Assembly (NCBI GenBank): GCA_965215565.1 | Contig: CBDCDZ010000004.1 | Span: 1,664,001 to 1,728,000 of the forward strand | DNA: 64,000 nucleotides | DNA from: Trueperaceae bacterium | Lineage (GTDB): Bacteria; Deinococcota; Deinococci; Deinococcales; Trueperaceae | Direction: 5' to 3' | Part shown: one piece after another, positions 17,221-30,300 of the stretch | How the letters are laid out: every line of letters begins with the position of its first letter | Position numbering within the stretch: the first letter of the stretch is position 1 | Notes under the pieces: model-generated | Database searches by the model: none | What the model saw: the letters and a program-made list of their open reading frames with translations, nothing else | What the model was told of the DNA's origin: nothing | Program-made: the position numbers and the translations under genes

Positions 17221-19254
17221 TTACTGCGCCGAACTCGGCTCCAGCGTCAATTTGTAGAGGGCAAAGCCATCCTCCGCAGCACCGACGTACTCGATGGTCT
17301 CGTCGTCGCTCTGCACCTCGTCCAAGTAGTTTTGCGCGTCCGGTCCACCTTGAAAGGTCGCGCTGATGGAGTTCTCAACGGGGGCAAACTCCCAATTTTC
17401 ATCGGCTGAGGGGTTCACCGTCTCCTGCTCGGTCAGGTAGTTGATGATGACCTGGCGGTTCTCGTCGGGCGAGTCGATGACGATGGTCGTACCGTCCAAG
17501 TTCGGGAAGTTGCCGCCGCCCGAAGCGCGGTAGTTGTTGGTGGCGACTAAAAAGTCTTGCTCGGCTGTTACAGGCTCGCCGTTATATTGCAGGTTGACGA
17601 TGCGGCTCGAGCCTTCGTTGATCAATAACCCTTCCGCGTCGTAGCGCGGCGGCTTCGTCACGTCGATTTCGTAGGTGACGCCGTCGATGACGTCGAAGTT
17701 ATAGGAGGGGAAGTTGTCGTTTAACAAGGATTGGTCGGTAGCGCCTGGCGTAATCTGGTTGAACTGCCCGGCGGACATCTCGAGCCACTCCTTGATCTGT
17801 GCTCCGTTCAACCTTACGACTTTAAGCGTGTTCGGATAGATGTAGAGGTCAGCGATGTTTTTCACCGCGAGCGTGCCCTCAGCGATGTCGGTGTAGTAGT
17901 TCGGCCCGGCGCGTCCGCCCGCTTTGAAGGGTGCGGCGGCGGAGAGGATGGGGAGCCCTCCGAGTTCGGTCCCCTGCACCGCCCGCTCGGTGTACCAGGT
18001 CTGCGCCTGGTTGACGATCTGCACCGAAGGGTCATCCTTGACGAGTGCGAAGTAAGAGGTGATGGGCGCGCTCGTCTGGGCGACGTCATCTCTGATATAG
18101 GCGAGCGTGCCCTCGTGCTCCTGTGCAACCGCGTCTAAAATCTCCTGATCCGCCTCGACCAGAGGCGCGTCGTTCTCCGAGTCGTAGATGGGTTTGGCTT
18201 CAACCTGGGAGTTCACAACTGTCCATGCGTCATCCGAAACCTCTAAGGTTAAGTCGATGACGCCTAAGTGATCGCCCCAGAAGCCGGGCATCACGGCGGG
18301 CACGCCGTTGATGGTGCCCTTCTTCAAATCCACGTTCGGCGCGTCCGCGAACGCTTCGGAGGGAAAGACTGTGTGCGAGTGCCCGAACAAGATGGCGTCG
18401 ACGCCGTCCACCCGGCTGAGTAGGTACGAGGCGTTCTCCTCCAGCCCCTGCTGCTCGGTGGGACCGAAGCCCGAATGCGGAATGGCGACGACGAGGTCTG
18501 CGCCCTCTTCGAGCATCTGCGGGACGAACTTCTCCGCCGTTTCCACGATGTCTTTGGCCACGACCTCACCCAGCAAGTTGCTCCGGTCCCACTCCATAAT
18601 CTGTGGCGGCACGAAACCGATGACGCCCACTCGCAACTCGTGCTCCGTCCCGCTCTCGTCGGTGACGGTCTTGTCCAGGATGAGGTAGGGCGTGTAGCGG
18701 TTCTCGTCGTTATCGGGGTTGTCGTCGCCATCGTCCACGTAAACGTTCGCGTTGACGTAGGGAAAGTTCGCGCCCTCTAAGCTGAGGTCTAAAAACTCCA
18801 AGCCGTAGTTAAATTCATGATTGCCGATGTTGCCCGCGTCGTAGTCCAAGAGGTTCATCGCCTTGTAGACCGGGTGCACTTCGCCTTCTTGCAGAGGCTC
18901 GGTGCGCGCTTTGAAGTCTCCCAGTGGGCTCCCTTGAATGAGGTCGCCGTTGTCGAACAAGAGGACGTTGCCTACCTCTTCTTTCGCGGCTTTGATGAGC
19001 GTGGCGGTTTTTGCTAAGCCGAACTCGTCCGTGGGCTCGTCGCGGTAGTAGTCGTAGTTCACGATGTTGGTGTGGATGTCGGTGGTTTCGAGAAGGCGCA
19101 GCTTGACGGTGGTCCCTGTTGTGTCTTCCGTCATACCACTTGTCATGCCGCCCGTCGCACCGCCGGTCTCCTGCGCTTGCGCGCCCACCCAAGACATCAG
19201 AACGGCGCAGCACAGGGCGGCAGCCATAAGCCATTTCAGTTTCTCTTTGTCCAT
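17221..19254 (-). CDS. cpdB: Secreted 2',3'-cyclic-nucleotide 2'-phosphodiesterase/3'-nucleotidase
   Basis: Signal peptide ending AQA, ETTDIH, DNGDLIQG, GNHEFNYG, FGHSH, ATNNYRA. Start chosen at MDKEK after AAGGAG. Confidence 0.92.
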   Translation of the reverse strand: MDKEKLKWLMAAALCCAVLMSWVGAQAQETGGATGGMTSGMTEDTTGTTVKLRLLETTDIHTNIVNYDYYRDEPTDEFGLAKTATLIKAAKEEVGNVLLFDNGDLIQGSPLGDFKARTEPLQEGEVHPVYKAMNLLDYDAGNIGNHEFNYGLEFLDLSLEGANFPYVNANVYVDDGDDNPDNDENRYTPYLILDKTVTDESGTEHELRVGVIGFVPPQIMEWDRSNLLGEVVAKDIVETAEKFVPQMLEEGADLVVAIPHSGFGPTEQQGLEENASYLLSRVDGVDAILFGHSHTVFPSEAFADAPNVDLKKGTINGVPAVMPGFWGDHLGVIDLTLEVSDDAWTVVNSQVEAKPIYDSENDAPLVEADQEILDAVAQEHEGTLAYIRDDVAQTSAPITSYFALVKDDPSVQIVNQAQTWYTERAVQGTELGGLPILSAAAPFKAGGRAGPNYYTDIAEGTLAVKNIADLYIYPNTLKVVRLNGAQIKEWLEMSAGQFNQITPGATDQSLLNDNFPSYNFDVIDGVTYEIDVTKPPRYDAEGLLINEGSSRIVNLQYNGEPVTAEQDFLVATNNYRASGGGNFPNLDGTTIVIDSPDENRQVIINYLTEQETVNPSADENWEFAPVENSISATFQGGPDAQNYLDEVQSDDETIEYVGAAEDGFALYKLTLEPSSAQ

Positions 19255-19356
19255 CTCTCGCTCCTTCTTGACGCGGGCTAAGTTCGCTTTGCTTTCTACG
19301 CGCGCCACACCTCTTAATGTACCTAAAAATGTGTCGGGGAGGGACAAGCTCGAGCG

Positions 19357-20583
19357 TCAACCGGAGTCACGTCCGCCTTCACGGATTCTACTCACCACGA
19401 GCACCACCCCCGCTAGCAGATACATGAGCGCGTCCACGGCGATCACCATAACGCCGACGGCTTCACCTAAAACGCCTGAGACGCCCATCCCCACGAGTTG
19501 CGCCGCGCCAAACACGGCTAAATATGTACTGAACACACGCCCGCGCTTCTGGGGCTCCGCCTGGGTTTGTACGAGGGTCATCTGCGCTGTCCCCCAGCCC
19601 GCCGCCGGGAGCCCAACCAGCGCCGTCAAAACGAGACCGAGCCAAAGCTGCGGATAAAAGAGCGGGTAGAAAAAGAAGAAGCAGAGGACGAGCCCAGTGA
19701 GAAGGCTGCTCCACCTCAACAGCTTCATGACAGGCAGGCGGTCCACAAAACTCGTCAAGAGCAACCCCGCGACGATACCGCCGAGCGCCTGCGCGGAAAA
19801 AATAGCGCCGAGTTCGGGTCCACCACCCCCTAATATCACCGCGACAAAGGGCGCGATGAGGGTTGAAACGAACCCTTCACCGAAACCGACGAAGCCTGCG
19901 ACGAGGAAACAGAGCCTGAGCGAGCGATTCGCGGACACGGCGCGGAGCCCGGCGAGCCACTCGAACAAGAGGCGGCGATAAGGATTCGTTTCGCGCGAAA
20001 CGCCTCTTTCAACACGAGGTGCGTTTACGCCTAGCACGAGCAGCGCCGCTACGAGGTAGGTGAGCGCGTTGAAGAGGACGACGCCGACAAAACCTGTAGA
20101 AGCGATGAGCACCCCACCCAGCGCCGGACCGATGAGCCGCGCCAAGTTATTGTTGAGCGCGTTGAGACTGTTCGCGGCTCCCAGACGCGACTCGCCAACG
20201 AGGGTGGGCAAGAGCGCGTTTTCCGCCGGACCCAAGAACTGCCCAACCGAAGACTGTGCCAAGGCGACAGGCACGACCGCCCACCACGGTGCGTGTAGAA
20301 CGCTTAAAAAAGCGAGCGTTACACTGACAAGCGCAACATTCGTCAGCACCATCGTCCTCGTGTAAGACCAGCGGTCCACGAGCACGCCGGCAACCTGCCC
20401 GACGACGAGGGTAGGCAGCGCCGTCGCCATCACGCCTATGCCCGTCGCGAGCGTCGAGCCCGTTTCAGCGTAAATGTAGATAGGCAGCGCGACGAAGAGC
20501 GTATAATTTCCGGTCCAGGAAATGAACCCCGACGTCCAGACGAGCATGAAGTTGCGGTTGCGCAGGAGGTCAAAGGCGGTCAT
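19357..20583 (-). CDS. MFS transporter
   Basis: About 12 hydrophobic segments, AGVLVDRW, ARLIGPALGG, RGRVFS. Confidence 0.88.
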   Translation of the reverse strand: MTAFDLLRNRNFMLVWTSGFISWTGNYTLFVALPIYIYAETGSTLATGIGVMATALPTLVVGQVAGVLVDRWSYTRTMVLTNVALVSVTLAFLSVLHAPWWAVVPVALAQSSVGQFLGPAENALLPTLVGESRLGAANSLNALNNNLARLIGPALGGVLIASTGFVGVVLFNALTYLVAALLVLGVNAPRVERGVSRETNPYRRLLFEWLAGLRAVSANRSLRLCFLVAGFVGFGEGFVSTLIAPFVAVILGGGGPELGAIFSAQALGGIVAGLLLTSFVDRLPVMKLLRWSSLLTGLVLCFFFFYPLFYPQLWLGLVLTALVGLPAAGWGTAQMTLVQTQAEPQKRGRVFSTYLAVFGAAQLVGMGVSGVLGEAVGVMVIAVDALMYLLAGVVLVVSRIREGGRDSG

Positions 20584-20613
20584 GCAAGCAGAATGAGTGC
20601 TAAGCTACTACGA

Positions 20614-21261
20614 ATGGTAGTTCCAGATTCAAGTAGCTTTCATAGGGTGGAGAACGAGCGGCAGGCGCAGCTTCTCACGGACCCTAAGAGCAAAGCCTTT
20701 TTCAAACCGTTTTTGGCGCAAGAGCGCAGCACATCACAAGCAGCGGCGGCGGTAGGTTGTCCGCTCACCACAATGCACTACCGCGTGAAGCGCTTTTTGG
20801 AGGCGGGGCTTCTTGAAGTCGCGCGAGAAGAAAAGCGCAAGGGGCGCACCGTCAAATTCTACCGCTCCTTTCACGACGCCTACTTCATCCCCTTTAGCCT
20901 CACGCCTTACGCGACGTTGGAAGAGAGGTTGGAAGCGCAAGGCGCGCCTCTTTTCGCTAACCTCTTACGGGCATACGCCAGCGCGATTAAGGAAAGCGAG
21001 CGCTACGGTCATCACCTCTTCCGCAGCGGCGGCGCGTTCTGCACGAGTGACCTCTTGCCCGAGCTTACCCTCGGCGGTTTGCCTGTTGTTTACTCGGATA
21101 CGGTAGCGACGCTCAACAAAGAGGACGCACTTGACCTCAGCGTTGACCTCCGCAATCTTTTTAGGCGTGGGCTTGCGCCGAGCGCAGAAGATGAGAAGGG
21201 CGCGCAAGCTTATCTTTTGATGGTAGCGCTGCTGCCGTTAGAAGACGCGCGGGAAGTCTAA
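20614..21261 (+). CDS. Winged-HTH (ArsR-like) regulator
   Basis: STSQAAAAVGCPLTTMHYRVKRFLEAGLLEV...GRTVKFYRS. TAAGCT 7 nt before the ATG. Divergent from the MFS gene. Confidence 0.7.
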   Translation: MVVPDSSSFHRVENERQAQLLTDPKSKAFFKPFLAQERSTSQAAAAVGCPLTTMHYRVKRFLEAGLLEVAREEKRKGRTVKFYRSFHDAYFIPFSLTPYATLEERLEAQGAPLFANLLRAYASAIKESERYGHHLFRSGGAFCTSDLLPELTLGGLPVVYSDTVATLNKEDALDLSVDLRNLFRRGLAPSAEDEKGAQAYLLMVALLPLEDAREV

Positions 21262-21328
21262 ACGACACTGCTTAGGGTCAGCGTATAAATTCAACCTTGT
21301 GGGAGCGTTTCTCGGGCTCGCTCAGCAC

Positions 21329-24300
21329 CTACCACGTAAAACTCACCCCGAAGCGCGCGCGCGCGCTCTGATTCAGACCCGACGCGCCCAAACCTGCCTC
21401 GAGGCTGATGAGGGGGGTCACGGCGTAGCCCAAAGAGAAGTCGAACTCGGTTACGGCGGAGGCGTCGTTCAAGAAGTTGACCTCGCCGGCGAGAAGAAGT
21501 TCCAGAGGTGCTAAGTCGTAGCGGAGGGAGAACTCGTTGGAGAGGGCGTAGCGCCCTTCGGGGTCGTCGAAGCGCCCGACTTCCAAGCTGGCGAAGAGGT
21601 CGTCGCCAATATAACCGCCTACGCGCAGCGACACGCCGAAGGGGTCCTCTTGGCTACCAGCTAAAAGCGAGCTGACGGCGCTCGTGCGAATTTCGAATAA
21701 GCCGACGCCGAGCGCGTCGCCCAGGGCGCTCTGCAGCTCGGACAAGACGAGAAAGTCCACGGCGGTGTCGATGGCACCTTCGGCGATGGTACCCGCTAAG
21801 CTGTCCGCGCCCGCTAAACCCGTGCCGAGCTGCAAGCGCCCCAAGGTGAGGAGCGAGACCAACTCCGGCTCGTCCAGCGGGCGCGGCGCATTGCCGCCCT
21901 GCTCCTGGATGGCGGCGTCGCTGCTCAGGCTCGGCTCGAGGTCGAGCACGGGGCGGCTTCGCCCCGCCACCTCTTCGAAGCTGCCGTCCACGCTCAGTTG
22001 TACGCCGAAGGTGCGCCCCTCGCGCGGCTCGACGAAGGTGTACGTGTTCCGCAAGTTGCCGAGCGCGTCGTCCTTATCGAAGGTGGCTTGCGCGACGAGA
22101 TCGAGCACCGGGAAGACGCCTTGCGAGGGCTCAAAGGTGGCGGTGCCCTCCTCGATGACGAAGTCTTTGCCCGAGAAGCGCACCGTCCCCTGGAGCGTGC
22201 GCGCGACGCCCGAAAGTGCCGGGTCAGCCGCCGTCCCGCTGAGGTCCAAGTCAAAGGTGAGTTCGGCGGTGCCGAAGCCCGCGCGGAAGAGCACGCTGCT
22301 CTGCGCGAGGATATCCACGTCTTCGAAGAGGATGCGCTGTAAGACGGGATTGGGAGCCGCAGTGGTGGACGCGGAGGATCCCGCCCCAAACGGTGCGCCC
22401 GCTCCGCTTTGTCCGCTCGAGCCGAACGCGCCCAACTGGGACGTAGGGCTAGGCGTGGGAGCAGGCGCGTCGCCGCTCGCTGCGCCCGGCTCGGCGTCCG
22501 GTACGAAGGGCGCGCCCGCTTCGCTCGTTCGGCCCGTACCCGTTTGGCTCGTATTCGCACCCGACGGAGTCGCATCCGAACTCGCCGCGCCCGCTCCCTC
22601 TGAGGTGTCACTTGAGCCGCTGCGGTTGCGGGCGGTGGTGAGGCGCGCGCTCTCGACGACGGCGTCGCCGGAGATGACGAAATTTTCGCCGCGCCGCGTG
22701 ATATCGAACGCCGCGTCGGTGGCGCTCGAGGCGACGAAGAAGTTCTGCGCGTTCAAGTTTAGGTTCTCGCCGCGCAGCGCCAAGTTGAGCGGCGCTAAGC
22801 TGCCCGTCAGCGTGACGGGCTGACCGAGCGAGGCGCGGCTATCGAGTCTCCAGCCGTCACCCGAGCCCGCCGTGACCTCACCCGCGATGCGGCGCACGGG
22901 TCCCACGACGGGCAGCGCCGCGTTGCCCTCGAAATCCAGCGCGAAATCCTCCAAGCTGTAGGGCGCGAGGCTGAGCCGCCCGCCGCCGCGCAGCGCGAGG
23001 GAGCCGCCGATGGGCGCGACGCCCTCTGCCGCCGCGACGATATCTAAGTCCTCGTCATTGAGGGTGACTCTCGTTCCGGTGAGACGGTACGTAGAGCCCG
23101 CCAAGCGGAGCTGCAAGTTGGGGCTCGTCAGCTCGAGCTGCGGCTCACCTAAAGTACCCGTCGCCGCCAAGCTCAGTGAGCCTTGCGCCCCGACGCCCAG
23201 GGCCGCGAGGCGCGGCGCGAGGCTTAGCAGGGGCGTGACGTCGGCGTCTTCGGCTTGGAGCGAGAGGTCTAAGACGTCGCGGGTGACGCGCCCCGACGCC
23301 CGCCAGAAGCCGCCGCCGCGAAACTCGGCGCGGTCGATGATGAGCCCGCCCTCGTCATAGCGGAGCGCCACCTCACCGCGCGTCACCTGATCCGAGCCCT
23401 CACGCCTCAAGGTGAGCCGCTCGGTGGCGACTTGCACGTAGCTCTGCGCAGGCGCGTTCAGCGGCACGTCGAAGCGCGCCGCGCCCGTCGCGGACGCATT
23501 GACCGTACTCGCACCCGTCGCAGCTTCCGCCAAAATTTCTAGCGGGAACTGCTCCAGGTCAAAAAAGCCCGACACGCCCTCGCCATCGTAGCCAACGCGG
23601 AGCTGGCTGTCGCCCAGACTCGCTCTCGCCTCGAGGTTTTGCACCGTGCCGCTCAGCTCGACTTGCGTCGGCAACGTCGTCTGCGCCACGCTCAAGCCAG
23701 GGCTGACGAGCTGCCCGACGACTTGGTTGCCGTTGAGCCGCACGACGCCGCTCAGGGGCGCGTCCAGGTTCGGCACGCGCCGCTGCAAGAGGGGCAGCTC
23801 AGAGACGTTCACGCCGTCTAAGCGCAGCCGCGCGACGCGGGCGCGGTTCGCCTGCGGCAGGTACGTCTCCCGCAGTCCTTGAGGGATGAACTGCGCCCAG
23901 CCGAGCTGCCCCTGCACCGTCGCCTGCCCCGCCCCCACGCCGAGCGCGCCGCTGCCGCGCAGCCCGCGCGGGTCCGCCGTGAGGAGTGTCGTGAGGGTGA
24001 GCGCAGGCAAGTCGGGCGCGTCGGCTAGGGGCACCTCGAGCAGCCGGATATCGCCTGTCGGTCCTGTCTCGGGCGTGTAGCGCAGCGCAGCGCTCAGCTC
24101 GCCCGCCGCCTGAACGGTGGACGCGTCTTCGTCCGCTTCACTCGTCGCCGCGCCCGTGCCGAGCGCGAGATCGGCGTCTAGCGCGGCGGTCCGCGCCGCC
24201 CAGTCCACGCTCGCGTCCAACGTGCCGACGTCGCCCGCCGCGCTCACCTCGGCGCGGCTGTCCGCCACGTCCAATTCGAAGGGGAGCGCCCTGACCTCGG

Positions 24301-27300
24301 CGAGCCAGGGGAGGAACGTCGTTTCTTCTAGGGTGGCGTCCTCTGCGCCGCGCCACGTCCCCTGAAGGTCCACGTCGCCGGGAACGGCGGTGCCGGCTAG
24401 CTCGAGCGTCCCTAAAGCCGTCCCCCAACGCAACTCGGACACCTCGGCGCGGGGCGTCGGCTGCGCCTGCAGCGTGACGCTGCCCTGCGTGTCCTGCACG
24501 CCCGCGAGGGTGAAACCGCGCAGCAGTTCGCCCGCCCAGACCTGCGGCGGCCCGCTCGGCAGCGTGCCCGAGAGCGCTAAGCCGGGCGTTTGCGGCGCGC
24601 TCAAAGCGAGGTCGAGCCAGCCGCCCGCCACCTCGCTCGGCGTGAGGCGGACGCTCGCCGGACCTGCGCCGAGCGCCAGCGCCCCGGACGCGGCGAGCGT
24701 GCCCTCCGCTCGCGTCACGGTGAGTTGGTTTTGCGGCGAAGTACTGAGTGACAGCTTGAGCGGCAGCGCCGTCCCGGTCAGCGCGAGCGGCTCCTCTAAA
24801 AATGGCGAGACTAGGCGCTGCTCCAACGCCAAACGTCCTGGGCTCAGCGCAAAGGTGCCCGCGAGGGCGTTCGCGTCCCGTTCTAAGGTGAGCGTGCCGT
24901 CTAAAGACGGCTCGGCTAACGCGCCCGAGAGCGTCGCCTGCACGTCCGCCTCGGCTCCTCGTAAAGTAACGTCAGACAGCTCGAGCCTCCCGGACCAGCC
25001 GCTCACCTCGTCCGTGACGCCGTAGCGCGCGTCCAAGTCGAGCGTGCCCGACAAGAGGTCCGCCTGCGACGCCACCCTGAGTCCGTCGTCGCCGTAACGC
25101 ACGGCGAGTGGCACCTGGAGTGCGTCACCGGCTAGGGTGCTGGAAAGAACCGCGTCCAGCGCGCCCTCGCTCAACGTTCCGCCACCCTCCGCGGCGAGCG
25201 CACTGTCACTGGGAAGGGGCAGCTCGAGCCGCGCCTGCCACGTCACGGCGTCCGTCAAGTCCACCGACGCCGTGAGGATGTCGCCCTGCAGGGTGAGGCG
25301 CTCGAGGTCCCCCTCACCTTCCGAGCTGAGCGCAAGGTCACCCAGCGCCAAAGGACCTGCCTGCAAGCCGGTGAACGTCCCGGCGACGCTCACCTCAGAA
25401 CCCCAAGCCGCCGCTAAGTCGAGCGCCCCACCGAGCTGAGGCGACAGACTCGCCAAATCGCCCGTGAGCTGCGCCTCGCTCGTGCTTAGCGCGCCGCGCC
25501 AGCCCGCGAGCTTCTCGTTGCCTGCGAGCAAAATCGTGTCGTCCGCCGCGTCCAGCGCCAAGGCGTAGTCCGCGAACGCCACCTGCCCCTCCGCCGCGAG
25601 TTCACCCAAGCGCCAGCGGAGGCGCAAGTCACTGTTGAGCGCCCCGAGCGCCAATGTGCTCGTCAGCGCGGCGTAGCGCCCCGGCTCTAAGCGAGCCGTG
25701 AGACCACCCTCAGCGCTGCCGGTTCCCACCAGGCGCGTCTCCAGAGTCGGCGCGCCGAGCGTCCCACCCAGGTCCAAGTCGCCCCCCAAACTCCACGGCG
25801 ACTCCGCGAGCCCCACGTTTCGAACGGCGAGCGTGCCCGAGAGGGGCGTCCCCGCCGGAGCGTCCGCGCTGCCGATGAGGAGCGCGCCTTCCAGTTCACC
25901 GCGCGCGCTGCCTAGCTCTGCTAAATCTACGCTCACATCCAGGGGCGCGTAGAGCGCGCCGTCATAACGCAACTCTCCCGCCACGCGGCTGCGCACGCTC
26001 TCCAAAAGGAGCGTGTCCGCTCGAATATCAGGCGCGCCACCCCACGTGCCCGCACCCTGGAGTTGCGCCGTTAAGCGCGGCGCGTCCAGAGGCGGCAAGA
26101 GGTCTTGGACGAGCAGCGCGTCCGCGTCAAGACTGAGTGTCCAACCCTGCGGCGTCGCCTGCGCGCCCACGTCCAAAGCGTCATTTTGCAGGATGAAACT
26201 CGCACCTTCACGCGAGGCGCGCAGCGCGCCCGCCGCCTCTAACGCGCCTTCGAGAGTCACCGGACCCGCGAGGTTGGGCTGACTCAGGGTGCCGCCGAGC
26301 GTCAAGTCGCCGACGAACGCGAGCGGCTCGCCGGGATACGCCGCGCTGAGGTCGCTCACGGGCGCAGCCACGTTCACGCTGCCCGAAACGCTCCCGTCAC
26401 GCCAGGGCGCGCGGCTCAGCGCGGCTTGAAGCGTCGCGACCTCTTCGCCGCCGTAACCCATCAAACCCGATACCTCGAGGTTGCCCCGCCCTGCGAGGGT
26501 GACAGAAGCGTTCGCCTCACCTTGCGCGAACACCGCTTGCGCCTCGCCGGAGAAGCCCGACCCGGTTCTCCACGCGAGATCGCTGACGAGGTTCGTACCG
26601 AAGACCTCGAGCGCCCCCTCCGCCCGGAGCGATTCCAGGGCGAATCCTGGCGAGAGGTCCGCGAGGAGCGTCAACTCACCCGGCTCTAAAAGCAAGAGGT
26701 AGCCGTCCTCTCGCCTGAAACCTATCTCAACAGGCTCATCTAGCACGCCCGTTTGCAAGCTGCCCGTGAGGTCTGGGTTGGGCCAGGCGGGACCCGCGAG
26801 TGATAGCGCGAGGTTGCGCTGCGGTAATGCGGCGCTCAGAGAGGTCAGCGCGAACTGCCCGTTCTCGCGCGTCGCGCGAAAGTCAGCGCTGAGCGGTTGC
26901 GCGACGTTCGCCACACCGTTAGGCGCGTTCAGCTCGCCCTGTATCTGCTGAGCTGTGGCGTCTACGCTGAGGGTTGCGTCGCCCAAAGTCGCGTTGAGGT
27001 CGCCTGTGAGGGTGGCAGGCTCGAGCGACCCCGCTACGCTCAGCGGCTCGCCCTGGAAGGTGCCGTCTCCGGTCACGCGCACCCGCTCCCCCGCCCTCAC
27101 TTGCGCTTGAAGCGTCAGCGGACCTTCGTCTAGGGACACGTCATAGGTGTTCGCCTCGCCGCTCGCCGCGTTGTCCAGTGCAATCCTCGTTCCCGCAACC
27201 TCACCGGTAATATCTACACCCGTTTCGTCGCCCGCGCGGACGCGCACGTCGAGCGGTCTTCCTTGCGCTGTGCCCGCCGCGTTCAGGTCGGCGCCGTAGC

Positions 27301-30300
27301 TGAGCCCCTCATCCGTGCGGCTGAACTGCGCCGTGCCCGACGCGGTGCCGGTGGGCGAACCCGGGACGAGACCCTGCACGTTAGCGAGGTCGAAGTCCTC
27401 AAGTTGCGTGCTCGCCTCCACGTCCGCGCCCGCTCCGCTCACTTGAAAGGGGACCCTGCCGTCACGAAGGCGCAGCGCGCCCTCACCGCCGTAGTTTTGG
27501 CGCTCGCCTGAGACCGTCGCCTGCACGCCGATGGGCGCGCCCCGGTACGTCCCGTCGCCCGTCACGTCCGCGTTCCACGACAGGTCTTGTGAAAAGGAGA
27601 GGTCGGCGTTAAGCTGCGCGTCCTCCGTAGGGAGAAAGGGCGCGGCGTCCACATTGAGCGAGGCTTGACCGCCTTGCCGACTCGCGCTCACCGGACCCTG
27701 CACGAGCGGTCCTCGCACATTGCCGTCAAGCTGCGGCGACGCGGTTTCCCCGGTAAGATTCGCTTGGAGCGTATGCGCTTCGCCGCGCAAGGTGAAGGGC
27801 AGATCAACGTTCCCCGCCCACGTTCCACCATTCAAATTGAGGTCGATATTCTCACCGTTAAGTTGCGCGGATAATCCACCTGAGAGCGACGCCTGTACCT
27901 GCGCGGTCTGCGCGTTCACGCTCGCCTGCGGCGTCTCTACCGCCTGCGTCTGTAAGGTGCCGTCAAACGAGGCACTGTTAAGCGAAGTGCCGCGCAGCGT
28001 GCCGCTAAGCTGCGCCCGCTCCGCCGCGCTCGCGTCCACCTCGAGATTGGGCGCAGGCAAGACCTGACCCGACACGGAAGCGTCTAGAGCACCTTGAGCG
28101 GTTTGCGCGTCTAGCCTCAGCGCGTCGCCTGCGCCGACGAGTTCTACAGCAGCGTCTACAGGCGCGTCCACTTGCGCGTTGAGCGCGCCGTTCCAGCCGC
28201 CCGCGTAGCCGAGCGAGCCGTTCAAGGTGGCGTTAATGTCGGGTTGCGTAAGGAAAGGCGAGAGGGTGAAGCCGTCCGCCTCGAGGTTGAAACCCCCCCT
28301 GGTTGAGAATGCGCTACGAAGTCCCTCCGCGCTTAGTGTTCCTTCGGATTGACCCCCTCGTCCCTGCGCGTTGAGTTCTAAAGACTGCTCGGCCGTTCCC
28401 CACACCGTCTCCACGTCGTAACTCGGCTCCAAGAGGTTCGCCTGCGCGTCCAGCCGCACGTCGCCATTGAGCGCAACCGCGTCCGACGCGAGCAAGAGGT
28501 CGGCGGGCACCGTGCCCGTCACCAAGAGGTCGCGAAAGGTGCCCGAAACGTCCAGTGTCGCGTCCTCGGCGAAGGCGAGCACGCCGTCTACGGTGCCGGT
28601 GAGGGCTTGTGCATTCTCTAAAGACACGTCAGCGTTCAGGTCAAAGGGCGCGACGCCGAACGCGGCGAGGTCCGCAGCGTCGACGGTGACTTGACTCGTG
28701 AGCGCGTCTTCGTTTCGCTCGAGCACCCCCCCTTGCAGGCTGAGGCTGCCCTGAACTCGCCCGCCCAAATCGAGGCTGTCGAGGGCGTATTCTAAACGCC
28801 CTGTCTGGTCAGCCAAGTCGAAGGAGCCGTTCGCGCTGAGCGGTCCGAACTGCGCGGAGAGGTCGCGTAGCGTTGTACCGTCCAGTACGGCGCGCGCCGC
28901 GCCCGAGAGGTCGCTCGCCAACTCAACGCCCGCCACACTCGGCGTGAGGGCGTTCTGCGTCCCTAAGCGGAGCGTCACAGGCAGTTCGCTCAGCGTGCCA
29001 TCCGCGCTCAGCGTAGCGTTCAAGGGCTCCGCTTGGACGGGCGTACCTTCCAAGCTCACCCCTTGCGCCCTCAGCTCGCCCGTGAGCTGTTCGCCGCGCA
29101 GCGCCACCTCACCGCTGAGTGCCGCGCCTAGATCGTCACCACCCGAGAGGTCAACAATCCAGCCACCGTCCGCTAGGGCTGCCGCGTCCGCGTTTAGAGA
29201 CAACGCGCGCCCGGCGGCGCTGCCCGACAGTGCTAGGCGCGCGTCCCCCGACAGCCCCTCCGACTGCTGCAAATCCGCCCGCAGGTCCGCCCTGAACTGC
29301 TCGGTTACGTTGACGCCTTCGGCTTGCGCCTGGATGCCTACGCCGCCCCCCTCTAGCGGGGTCACGCTCGCTGTAAAGGGTCCGCCCGCAAGCGCGCCGT
29401 TCGCCTGAACGCGCGTGCCCACCTCCGTCTCGAAGCCGAAGTCTACATCTAAATCCTCTAACGCCCGCCCGAACACCTCGCCCTGCCCCTGCGCCTGACC
29501 CGTGAGGTCGATCTGCTGCCAGCCCGAGAGCGAGAGGGACACATCCGCGTCGCCCGTGACTGCGCCTTCGGGCACGTCGCCGCGCGCCAGCCACGCCGCC
29601 GCTTCTGCAAGCTTCGCGTCGCCCGTCACCTCCGCCTGCCACCGCTGCGCGGAGATATCCACCACCGCGTCGCCCTGCACGTCGCCGCCGAGGGCGCGCC
29701 CGGTGAGGTCCGCTGTGACGGTCTGCCCGTCGAAATTTACAGGTCCTGAAAGTTCTGTGATCGTCGTGCCAGCGACTGTGACCGCGCCCTGCGCAAGCGC
29801 TAAGTCCGCCTTAGCTTCCCCGTCCGCGTACGTCACCGTGCCCGACGCCTGCCCGCCTTCCACGCCTTCGAACCAGTGCTTCGCCACCGCTAGATCGACG
29901 CGGGGCAACCGCGCGTCGATGTTCAAGGGCGAAAAGGCGACGTCCGCGTCTACTTGCGCCTCGCCTTGCGGCGTCGTCAGCGTCGTGGCGACGCCCAATC
30001 CGTCCTCGGTGTCGTTCACGCTGAGGTCCGCCACATTCAGGTCGGGGAGCGTGTAGGGCACGTCGTTCACGTTCAAGTTGACGCCGTTCACATCCGCGCT
30101 ACGCAGCACCGGGCGAATCGGCCGGTTCCCACTGCTCCCGTTCCCCTGCGGCACGCGGACCTCTTGCGGCTCAATGTCGCCCGAGACGTCCGCCACCGAG
30201 ACGGAGAAGGGGAGGCGTCCTGCGAGGAGTCCGAGCAGGTTGTACTCCAAGGAGAGCCGCTCTAAGCGCGCGTTCACGCCCGGCCCCGTCACCTCTGCGC